Origin: Ruminococcus sp. | Lineage (GTDB): Bacteria > Bacillota > Clostridia > Oscillospirales > Acutalibacteraceae | Length of the DNA stretch: 46,145 bases | Direction: 5' to 3' | Assembly (NCBI GenBank): GCA_051880995.1 | Contig: JBJEPA010000279.1 | Coordinates: forward strand, 1 to 46,145 | Shown: positions 17,468 through 25,441 of the stretch, piece by piece | Layout of the letters: every line of letters begins with the position of its first letter | How positions within the stretch are numbered: position 1 is the first letter of the stretch | Position numbers and translations under genes: made by a program | The notes under the pieces: generated by a model | The model's input: only the letters and a program-made list of their open reading frames with translations | What the model was told of the DNA's origin: nothing | The model's database searches: none

Positions 17468-17496
17468 ATTCTACTTGATAAAAGTCAACTTGTCAA
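17468..17496 (-). promoter_or_regulatory. Sigma-A promoter of the T-box/ilvB transcript
   Basis: TTGACA-17-TAGAAT. Confidence 0.7.
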
Positions 17497-17585
17497 GTCG
17501 TTTTAAATTTTATATAATAGATATGTATAGGCAACACCCTGCAATTAATTAATTCACCACTTATACTACTGTATAGGAGAAAAAA

Positions 17586-18005
17586 ATGACTCAAAAACTA
17601 TCGAAAAACGCCAAGAAGGTGTGGCGAACAAGAGCAACCCTGGCTTTCCTTGTAATTTCCTTCATCTGTGGTGGCGTATATGTATTTTCACCAATGATTT
17701 CCCTTATTATTGAAACAGTCAATTTAATAGTCTTTTTGTTCGTCATTTTTGTGGCAGTTCCCTATGTATATCATGTGACAACCCTTGAGGTACGCAAGGA
17801 CGGTCTTACCATTACAAAGGGTGTAATTTTGAAAAAAAGAATGAACATACTGGCTAAAAAGATTCAGTATGTTGAACTGATACAAACCCCTATTCAAAGA
17901 TTTTTTAAAGTTTACACCGTTGCATTTCACACAGCGGGAGCAACAGTCTTTGTCAGTCAGGTGGATTCTGAAATGGGGTATCATTTCAGAGCATATAAGG
18001 AATAG
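17586..18005 (+). CDS. YdbS-like membrane protein with a bacterial PH domain
   Basis: Two TM segments, then KGVI...KIQYVELIQTPIQRFF...HTAG, typical of bPH_2. Confidence 0.75.
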   Translation: MTQKLSKNAKKVWRTRATLAFLVISFICGGVYVFSPMISLIIETVNLIVFLFVIFVAVPYVYHVTTLEVRKDGLTITKGVILKKRMNILAKKIQYVELIQTPIQRFFKVYTVAFHTAGATVFVSQVDSEMGYHFRAYKE

Positions 18006-18049
18006 TTTTTAATCCAGTATCGGCAGTAGAGTTTAGAAAGGAGGACAAA

Positions 18050-19522
18050 ATGAAAAAACGAAACAGAAAATTGTATAAAAAAGCTCATTTTTACACCTTT
18101 CTGAACTACTGTTCTCATTTTGTACCTTTGCTTTTACTTCCTCTTTTGCAAAACCTCCTTTATCGTCCTACCTCTCTGGCGGCTATTATTACCAACTTTG
18201 GGCTTTCCATACTGTGTATTATTCTTCTGTTTATTGCCATCTGGCTTGAGTACAGAAGTATTCTGTATGTTGAAAAGGACAACAGCGTTTACACCAAAAA
18301 AGGATTTTTCTTTAAGAAACGAGCCGATATTCCCTACGACTGTATTCAGTCCGTTTATATTCAGAAAAACCTTTTCACCCGACTGTTCTTTGGTGCAAGG
18401 CAATACTTTATCAACACCCCCGGCTCATACACCGCCAATGGTGACTATGCAATCTATCTTAGAAAACGAAATTCCCTTGAACTTACAAAGGCGATTTTTG
18501 AAAAGCAGGAGGAGAGCATAAAATACCACGGCGGATTTTTGCGGATAATCCTTATGTCGGCAGCATGGAGCAACTCCCTTACAGGTCTGCTGATGGCCGC
18601 CCCTGTTCTGTACAAAACCTCCAACACCGCAGGCGATTACCTAAGGCATTATTTCTTTGACAAGGTGGATATTTCAAGCTACATCATCAAAATAGGTGTA
18701 CCTCCGGCACTTACGGGACTTGCCACATTACTCCTTGCAAGCTGGGTTTTGGCATATATAATCCAACTTTTGCAATACTCATTTTTCACCGCAGAAATTT
18801 CCGATACTATTATTCATATCAAGAGAGGTTTTCCAAACAGGACAGAATTCATCACCTCCACAGACAAGCTGAACGCAATACAAATCAAGCAAAGCGTTCT
18901 GATGCTTATTCTTAACTTGAAAAGCGTTTATATTAGAACAATAGGTGCCGGTGTGCAAAAGGGCGACAAGAGCATACTTATTCCTGCCGACAGAGATGAG
19001 GGCATTAACAACATTCTCAGTCGCATAACATCTCTGCCCAAAAAAGAGAATTATCAGATACGCCCTAAAAAAACAGAGTTTATGGCTTACCTTTGGTTTC
19101 CCTTTTACTCCATACTGGGCACAGTTGCCGCTATGCTCCTGCTGAACTATTTTGGATATTTCGGCGAGATAGTGAGAGTACCTTTGTTTGTTTTACTGGC
19201 TATTTTCGTATATTGGCTTTTCTTTAGGATTTACGCCTACACAAAAAGCTCCATAACTATCTGCGACAAGGCGGTTCGGATTGACTACTTCTACCACCTT
19301 AACATTACAAGGACGTACATCCCCTATGACAAGATACAGTATGTAAATGTTTATCAAAGTCCTTTTCAAAGAATATACAAAACTGCACATATAAAAATTT
19401 ACATCTATTCAAACAAAAAACAGTTCTACAAAATCAAATATCTTAAATACAACAAGGTAATGGAGGCTGTTGACTTAATTGAAACAAAGCTAAAATACAA
19501 CTATGTTTCAAAGCATAGTTAA
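18050..19522 (+). CDS. YdbT-like membrane protein with three bacterial PH domains
   Basis: Alternating TM pairs and PH-like units (IPYDCIQSVYIQ, KLNAIQIKQS, IPYDKIQYVNVYQSPFQR); follows the YdbS-like gene. Confidence 0.75.
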   Translation: MKKRNRKLYKKAHFYTFLNYCSHFVPLLLLPLLQNLLYRPTSLAAIITNFGLSILCIILLFIAIWLEYRSILYVEKDNSVYTKKGFFFKKRADIPYDCIQSVYIQKNLFTRLFFGARQYFINTPGSYTANGDYAIYLRKRNSLELTKAIFEKQEESIKYHGGFLRIILMSAAWSNSLTGLLMAAPVLYKTSNTAGDYLRHYFFDKVDISSYIIKIGVPPALTGLATLLLASWVLAYIIQLLQYSFFTAEISDTIIHIKRGFPNRTEFITSTDKLNAIQIKQSVLMLILNLKSVYIRTIGAGVQKGDKSILIPADRDEGINNILSRITSLPKKENYQIRPKKTEFMAYLWFPFYSILGTVAAMLLLNYFGYFGEIVRVPLFVLLAIFVYWLFFRIYAYTKSSITICDKAVRIDYFYHLNITRTYIPYDKIQYVNVYQSPFQRIYKTAHIKIYIYSNKKQFYKIKYLKYNKVMEAVDLIETKLKYNYVSKHS

Positions 19523-19600
19523 ATTAAATGAGAATTTTTTCAAGAGCAAAATTAAATAACAAACAAAAAACGCATTAATCTGCGGTTTTTCGGAAATCTT

Positions 19601-19625
19601 AGGCACATCTTTCGATGTGCCTTTT
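19601..19625 (+). terminator. Intrinsic terminator
   Basis: AGGCACATC-tttc-GATGTGCCT then TTT. Confidence 0.75.
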
Positions 19626-19630
19626 CCCTA

Positions 19631-19682
19631 TTGACAGCAAGGAAAATATGTGGTAACATCAATGCATAGATAATCTATGTAT
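19631..19682 (+). promoter_or_regulatory. Sigma-A promoter with a downstream palindrome (candidate PadR operator)
   Basis: TTGACA-17-TAACAT, then ATGCATAGAT-A-ATCTATGTAT at 19662-19682. Confidence 0.6.
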
Positions 19683-19708
19683 ATATTTCCGAGGTATAGG
19701 GGTACATT

Positions 19709-21145
19709 ATGGACAATAGGTTTATTAATGAGGTTTGCGGTACAATAAAAGACAAAAACGCAAAGGAGCAAATCAGGACAGAGCTTGAAAGCCACCTGAG
19801 TGAAAAAATTGATTATTATGTTGAAATCGGCTACACAGAGGAGGATGCGGAAAGAAAAGCTACAGAGGATATGGGTAGTGCCGAGGATATTTCCGTCACC
19901 CTTAACTCCCTACACAGTTCAAAGTGGTACAAGGATGCAAAAACTTTGGTTGTTTCCGTAGCTATGATAATATTTGCCATAGCAAGGATTATTATTGATT
20001 TAACAGATTACGACATAAACTTTATGTATGGGGCTGAACAATATTCTGTGGACCACTGCATTGTTTATGACTTTATTGCAACGGGGATTTTCATTCTAAT
20101 TTGTTTAGGTATCCATATTGCAAGAAAGGACAAAAACTTTAGGATAGCAATATTTCTTGTACCCTGTGTATCATTTTTATTATCCGGCAAATTCATTTTT
20201 CCTTTTCTTTATTCATACATAACTATAATAGGCAGAGGTTTAGGATATTACTCCGACAATATTTTCACCCATTCCATAGTCCCGTCAGAATTAAAGGGTT
20301 ACTATGAAGTAACACAGTGGATAGTCTTTAGCTTATTACTTATCTATTTAATATTCGTTCACATAGGAATTCACCGCCACCAGCGAATGAAGGTGACAAA
20401 GAATTTTTGGAAACCTTTTAAGATAATCGAAAAGGGAGTTGCAGTTATCCTTGCAGTTAACCTTGTAATAATGATAGGTTCAACAGCCTTTGCATATTTG
20501 AGAATTGATGATACAATAAGCGAGAATAAAAGATTAAGGGAAAATGCCTTTGACCTTGTAACACAGGAAAAGTATCATAATAAATCCAAAGAGGAGTTAT
20601 CGGAGCTACTCAAAGCAAACGGTTATGAGGAAGGAAAAACAATAGCATTTGAAAATACCGATACCTGTGTTTACAACAATCAGGATGTTTCTGTTATCTT
20701 TCTTGAGGGCGAAGGAAAGGTTAATTACCTATCCTATTCAATCAACACCCTTGATGACCTGCTAATAGACAACGGAAGAGGTCTTGATATTGAAGATTTA
20801 GACAAATTCAAAAAAGGTATGTACAAAGAGGAACAGGGTGATGGAAATCAATCATCTACAATTTGGTGGCAAAAATCAGACAGTACAACCGTTGATGAAT
20901 TTTTACAGTACGACCTTGCCCTGAAATGCCAATCGTCAGCCCTTGTTTTTGGAAATGGCAGTGACCACAACAGGGATGAATTTAACTACACCTTTAATTT
21001 CAGAATTAACAACAGCGATGAATACAGTTCTGTTCAGCTGAATTTCCAGAACAACCGGCTATCTAGTATGGTATTATGGTCAGCAGATGCGGAAACTGAA
21101 GATAATACAGGGAATCAAGCATTCGCATACGAAATAGAAAGTTAA
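19709..21145 (+). CDS. Membrane protein with an N-terminal permease-prefix/HAAS-like domain and a C-terminal extracellular region
   Basis: IRTELESHL...GYTEEDAERKATEDMGS N-terminus, several TM segments, adjacent PadR gene. Confidence 0.7.
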   Translation: MDNRFINEVCGTIKDKNAKEQIRTELESHLSEKIDYYVEIGYTEEDAERKATEDMGSAEDISVTLNSLHSSKWYKDAKTLVVSVAMIIFAIARIIIDLTDYDINFMYGAEQYSVDHCIVYDFIATGIFILICLGIHIARKDKNFRIAIFLVPCVSFLLSGKFIFPFLYSYITIIGRGLGYYSDNIFTHSIVPSELKGYYEVTQWIVFSLLLIYLIFVHIGIHRHQRMKVTKNFWKPFKIIEKGVAVILAVNLVIMIGSTAFAYLRIDDTISENKRLRENAFDLVTQEKYHNKSKEELSELLKANGYEEGKTIAFENTDTCVYNNQDVSVIFLEGEGKVNYLSYSINTLDDLLIDNGRGLDIEDLDKFKKGMYKEEQGDGNQSSTIWWQKSDSTTVDEFLQYDLALKCQSSALVFGNGSDHNRDEFNYTFNFRINNSDEYSSVQLNFQNNRLSSMVLWSADAETEDNTGNQAFAYEIES

Positions 21146-21156
21146 GGAGGATTAAT

Positions 21157-21489
21157 ATGAAAGTCAGTAAAGAGTTAATAAAGGGCAGTACATCTATGCT
21201 TGTAATGAGTGTACTGAAAAACAAGGATTTATACGGATATAAAATCATTAAGGAAATCGAAACCTTAAGCGACAATGTGTTTTCCCTAAAGGAGGGCACT
21301 CTGTACCCCATACTCCACGCACTTGAAAAGGAAAACCTCCTTGAAAGCTACTGGGACCACAGCGACGGCAGAAAGAAAAAATACTACCACCTCACCACCA
21401 AGGGACAAAAGCAAATTATAGAGAAAAAGGAAGAATGGCAGGTATTTCAGAAATCTGTCAACAAGGTTCTGGATTTTTCAATGGGATAA
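21157..21489 (+). CDS. PadR-family transcriptional regulator
   Basis: YGYKI, EGTLYPILHALE and RKKKYYHLT motifs. Confidence 0.93.
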   Translation: MKVSKELIKGSTSMLVMSVLKNKDLYGYKIIKEIETLSDNVFSLKEGTLYPILHALEKENLLESYWDHSDGRKKKYYHLTTKGQKQIIEKKEEWQVFQKSVNKVLDFSMG

Positions 21490-21498
21490 AAATCGGGC

Positions 21499-21707
21499 AA
21501 AAAAAAATGGGCTATCGCAAACCAAGGGAAACACTGAATAAATCATTTGCACAGATTGTGCAGACAGATTTTTTGTCAGTTTGTTCAAAAAACCGCAGTA
21601 ATGCTGACGCATTCCGAGGATTTTTTGGGCAAACTGGCGGAAAATATGCAAACAAGATGTGTGAATTGATTTAATCAGTGTTTCCCAAGATTTGCGGTAG
21701 CCTTTTT
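21499..21707. terminator. Bidirectional terminator interrupted by the MITE
   Basis: Arms GGCTATCGCAAA and TTTGCGGTAGCC with flanking A and T runs, between convergent padR and mtnN. Confidence 0.7.
21527..21685. mobile_element. 159-bp MITE-like element (family A) with a 4-bp CAAG target duplication
   Basis: 19-bp inverted ends GGAAACACTGAATAAATCA / TGATTTAATCAGTGTTTCC with one mismatch; CAAG on both sides; internally palindromic. Confidence 0.85.
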
Positions 21708-21723
21708 CCTTTGGTTTCTTTGC

Positions 21724-22413
21724 TTATTTAAGAAATTCCTTCATAACCTTAATTGAAATTTCGGCGGCTGTGTAGCGGAATTTTTCAAAATCTACAAATT
21801 CGTTGTTGTTAAAGTCGTCGCTGATTGAACGCAGTACTGCATAGGGCACCTTGTTGCGGTAGCATACGTGTCCAACAGCACCGCCTTCCATTTCACAGCA
21901 CAATGCTCCAAACTCATCTGCAACAGCTTTTCTCCTGTCAATATTTGCAACAAATGTGTCACCTGTTGCAACTCTGCCAAGCACAGCCTTTACTCCCTTT
22001 AACACCTCACAGCATTTTAGGAGCTTTTCGTATGTAGCCTTGTCGGCGGGAATATCAATTCTCTTTTCGTCTGTGTACCAGATTTCTCCCTTTGGGTCGC
22101 CCATTTCTGTGCCGTCCATATCATGCTGAACGCAGTCCTTTGATATTACAATGTCACCGATTTTCAAATCTTTGCTAAGACTTCCCGCAATTCCCGAATT
22201 AATAATAACATCGGGCTTATAGTAATCAATCATTATCTGTGTTCCAATGGCGGCATTAACCTTGCCGATTCCACACTCCAAAAGCACCACATCACGGTTA
22301 TTGATTTCCCCCTTAAAAAAGTCAAGACCGGCAACAGTTTTCTTCTCTGTATTGGTCATAACTTCTTTCAGTCCGTCAACCTCAATTTTTAAAGCACAAA
22401 TTATTCCTGTCAT
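21724..22413 (-). CDS. mtnN: 5'-methylthioadenosine/S-adenosylhomocysteine nucleosidase
   Basis: GIGKVNAA, NSGIAGS, TGDTF, EMEGGAV and RSISD motifs. Confidence 0.92.
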   Translation of the reverse strand: MTGIICALKIEVDGLKEVMTNTEKKTVAGLDFFKGEINNRDVVLLECGIGKVNAAIGTQIMIDYYKPDVIINSGIAGSLSKDLKIGDIVISKDCVQHDMDGTEMGDPKGEIWYTDEKRIDIPADKATYEKLLKCCEVLKGVKAVLGRVATGDTFVANIDRRKAVADEFGALCCEMEGGAVGHVCYRNKVPYAVLRSISDDFNNNEFVDFEKFRYTAAEISIKVMKEFLK

Positions 22414-22418
22414 TTTTA

Positions 22419-23141
22419 TCACTCCAAATTATCTGTTTCGTACATTATTACTGTCAATGCCACAAGGGGAGCGGTTTCTGCCCTTAAAATTCTTTTGCCA
22501 AGGGTGGCCTTTCTGCCTCCATTTTCAAGCACCAATTCAACCTCGTCACTGCTGAATCCGCCCTCGCTACCGATAAAGATGCTGATTTCCTTTGGCTTGT
22601 CCGAAAGTATATCCCTCACACTTTCTCCACCAAGCTCATAAAAGATAACCTTTTCGCCCTTTGCATTTTCTACACCCTTTTCAAAGGACATGGCCTCCTT
22701 AACCTTTGGCACAATTCCTCGTCCGCTTTGCATAGCCGCCTGCTTTGCAATTTTTTGCCACCTTAAAATCTTTTTATTCAGGGACTTCTGGTCGGGACGG
22801 CTGACGCACCTTGAAGAAATCACAGGAACAATCTCCGTAACTCCTATTTCCACAGCCTTTTGTATGATAAAGTCCATCTTATCCCCTTTTGGCAGAGCCT
22901 GATACAATGTTACCTTAACATTTGGCTCTGCCTCACTTTTTTCACTAGACATAATGCGGACTTCTACAAAGTCCCCCTCAACCTTATGGACTACACAGTT
23001 ATGGACAGTTCCGCTGGGTGAACACAGGGTAAGCCCCTCCCCCTCTTTCATTCTAAGACTTTTGGCAATGTGGCGACCGTCCTCTCCGAAAAGGCTGTAT
23101 TCCTTTGACTCAATTTCTTCATCAACAAAAAAATGTGGCAT
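22419..23141 (-). CDS. rsmE: 16S rRNA m3U1498 methyltransferase
   Basis: QKAVEIGV, IGSEGGF and LGKRILRAETA motifs. Confidence 0.95.
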   Translation of the reverse strand: MPHFFVDEEIESKEYSLFGEDGRHIAKSLRMKEGEGLTLCSPSGTVHNCVVHKVEGDFVEVRIMSSEKSEAEPNVKVTLYQALPKGDKMDFIIQKAVEIGVTEIVPVISSRCVSRPDQKSLNKKILRWQKIAKQAAMQSGRGIVPKVKEAMSFEKGVENAKGEKVIFYELGGESVRDILSDKPKEISIFIGSEGGFSSDEVELVLENGGRKATLGKRILRAETAPLVALTVIMYETDNLE

Positions 23142-23239
23142 AGCTTATCTCCTTTTTTCCTATAATAATTAATATATCAAAAGTAGAGTGTAATTGCAAC
23201 AAGTCAATATTTTTGATAAAATTAAAATGAGGTGATAAA

Positions 23240-23782
23240 ATGACATATTTAATCACAGATAAGGATTATTATGAAAGAACAAGCGGTATAGATACAAAGG
23301 AAATTGAGGAGAGCCTTGTGCATCTTCTCTACGAAAAGCATATGAAAATTGCCACAGCTGAAAGCTGTACCGGAGGTATGATTTCACAGCGAATCACAAA
23401 TGTTAGCGGTGCAAGTAATGTTTTTGACTGTGGAATATGCTCCTACGCTAACATTATAAAGGAAAAGCTTCTTGGGGTATCCAACAAAATCCTCAGCAAT
23501 TACGGTGCAGTAAGCGAAGAAACCGCTACACAGATGTGCCAGGGAATAATGAAGGTTGCCTACTCCGACATCGGACTTGCCACAACAGGCATAGCGGGAC
23601 CAACAGGCGGAACAAAGGACAAACCTGTGGGTCTGGTATATATTGGAGTAGCCACAAAACATCACACCACAATATATAGAGCAGAGCTTTGCCACTATGC
23701 ACAACACTCAAGGAATGAGGTGCGCACTATGGCAACAAATCTTTCTATGCTCCTTGCAACTGAGGAGTTGTCCAAACTCTGA
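23240..23782 (+). CDS. pncC: CinA C-terminal domain protein / NMN deamidase
   Basis: ATAESCTGG, GAVS, TGIAGPTGG and KPVGLVYI motifs; no N-terminal molybdopterin-binding domain. Confidence 0.85.
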   Translation: MTYLITDKDYYERTSGIDTKEIEESLVHLLYEKHMKIATAESCTGGMISQRITNVSGASNVFDCGICSYANIIKEKLLGVSNKILSNYGAVSEETATQMCQGIMKVAYSDIGLATTGIAGPTGGTKDKPVGLVYIGVATKHHTTIYRAELCHYAQHSRNEVRTMATNLSMLLATEELSKL

Positions 23783-23796
23783 GCAATAGAAAATAC

Positions 23797-23825
23797 TTGC
23801 TTTTTGTCAGGTTTTATGGTAATAT
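23797..23825 (+). promoter_or_regulatory. Putative promoter of malQ-glgP
   Basis: TTGCTT-17-TAATAT with an extended -10 TG. Confidence 0.5.
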
Positions 23826-23946
23826 TCTTATTGATAATTTTTACCACAGATGCGGGGGTAAAAAGGCAGTTTTTAAGTTACGCATCAATGCTTTATAAAC
23901 ATTAATAAAGCATATACAACTTTATATTTAGAACGGAGTTGACTTT

Positions 23947-25440
23947 ATGGCAAGAGAAGCCGGCATATTAATGCCAATCACCAGTTTATCATCTCCCTAT
24001 GGAATTGGTACTCTGGGTAAAGAAGCCCGTGAGTTTGCAGATTTCCTAAAGAAGGCAGGTCAAAAAATTTGGCAGATTCTTCCCGTTGGACCTACAAGCT
24101 ACGGTGATTCCCCTTACCAATCTTTCTCCACCTTTGCAGGAAACCCTTATATGATTGACCTTGACACTCTCAAGGACGAAGGACTGCTTACACAGGAGGA
24201 CATTGACAAGGGATACTGGGGTGACTCAGAGTTTGAAATTGACTATGCTACTATCTATTACTACAGATTTGATGTTCTTAGAGTAGCTTACGAAAACTTC
24301 AAGAAAAATTGCGACAGAAAACCTTTTACTGCATTTAAAAGGAAAAACAGCAAGTGGCTTAAGAATTATGCCCTTTATATGGCTGTAAAGAAAAGCTTTG
24401 ATATGAAAGCCTGGACAGAATGGCCTGACGAAGAGATTAAGCTCAGAGAGCCTGAGGCTGTTAAGAGATATGAAAGAAAGTTTAAGGACGAGATTGATTT
24501 CTGGAGCTTCCTACAGTACAAATTCTATGAACAGTGGGAATCTTTCAGAGCATATGTAAACGGACTTGGCATTAAAATTCTTGGCGATATGCCTATTTAT
24601 GTTGCCATGGACTCCGCCGATACATGGGCAAATCCTGAAATTTTCTGGTTTGACGAAGAAAACAATCCTGTTTGCGTTGCCGGTTGTCCACCGGACTACT
24701 TCTCCGCAACAGGTCAGCTGTGGGGCAATCCTTTGTATGATTGGGATTATCTTAAAGAAACAGATTACGAATGGTGGTTCAACCGAATTGCCGCAGCTGC
24801 AAAGCTCTTTGATATTTTAAGAATCGACCACTTTAGAGCTTTTGATACTTACTATGCCATTCCTTATCCTGCCGAAAATGCTATCGGCGGTGATTGGTAC
24901 GACGGTCCCGGCATCGAGTTCTTTGAAATGATGAAAGAAAAGCTTGGTGACCTTCCAATTGTTGCTGAGGATTTAGGCGACCTTTTTGACAGCGTAAAGG
25001 AACTCCTTGAGGATACCGGTTACCCTGGAATGAAGGTTCTGGAGTTTGCTTTTGATAGCGGTGAGGCTAACGATTACCTCCCACATCACTATCCTGAAAA
25101 CTGTGTTGTTTACACAGGAACCCACGACAACGATACACTTATGGGTTGGATGGCTCAGGCAAAGCCTGAGGATGTTGCTTATGCAAAGAGCTACTGCAAC
25201 ATTGGTGATGATGAAGAATTTAACTGGGGTATCATCAGAACAGCCTACAACAGTGTTGCCGACACAGCTATCATTCAGATGCAGGATATTCTCGGCCTTG
25301 GCACAGAGGCACGAATGAACGTTCCGTCCACTCTTGGCGGTAACTGGGTTTGGAGAATTGACAGCACCACTTTAACAGATGAACTGGCAGACCGACTTAA
25401 GGAAATGGTAATCAGCAGTTCAAGACTGGAGGAAAATTAA
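23947..25440 (+). CDS. malQ: 4-alpha-glucanotransferase (GH77)
   Basis: WQILP, SPYQS, GQLWGNP, RIDHFR, AEDLG and YTGTHDN motifs. Confidence 0.96.
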   Translation: MAREAGILMPITSLSSPYGIGTLGKEAREFADFLKKAGQKIWQILPVGPTSYGDSPYQSFSTFAGNPYMIDLDTLKDEGLLTQEDIDKGYWGDSEFEIDYATIYYYRFDVLRVAYENFKKNCDRKPFTAFKRKNSKWLKNYALYMAVKKSFDMKAWTEWPDEEIKLREPEAVKRYERKFKDEIDFWSFLQYKFYEQWESFRAYVNGLGIKILGDMPIYVAMDSADTWANPEIFWFDEENNPVCVAGCPPDYFSATGQLWGNPLYDWDYLKETDYEWWFNRIAAAAKLFDILRIDHFRAFDTYYAIPYPAENAIGGDWYDGPGIEFFEMMKEKLGDLPIVAEDLGDLFDSVKELLEDTGYPGMKVLEFAFDSGEANDYLPHHYPENCVVYTGTHDNDTLMGWMAQAKPEDVAYAKSYCNIGDDEEFNWGIIRTAYNSVADTAIIQMQDILGLGTEARMNVPSTLGGNWVWRIDSTTLTDELADRLKEMVISSSRLEEN

Positions 25441-25441
25441 A

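Noticed and set aside
21435-21674. 79-aa ORF after padR
   Set aside because: Lies mostly within the MITE; no transposase motifs.
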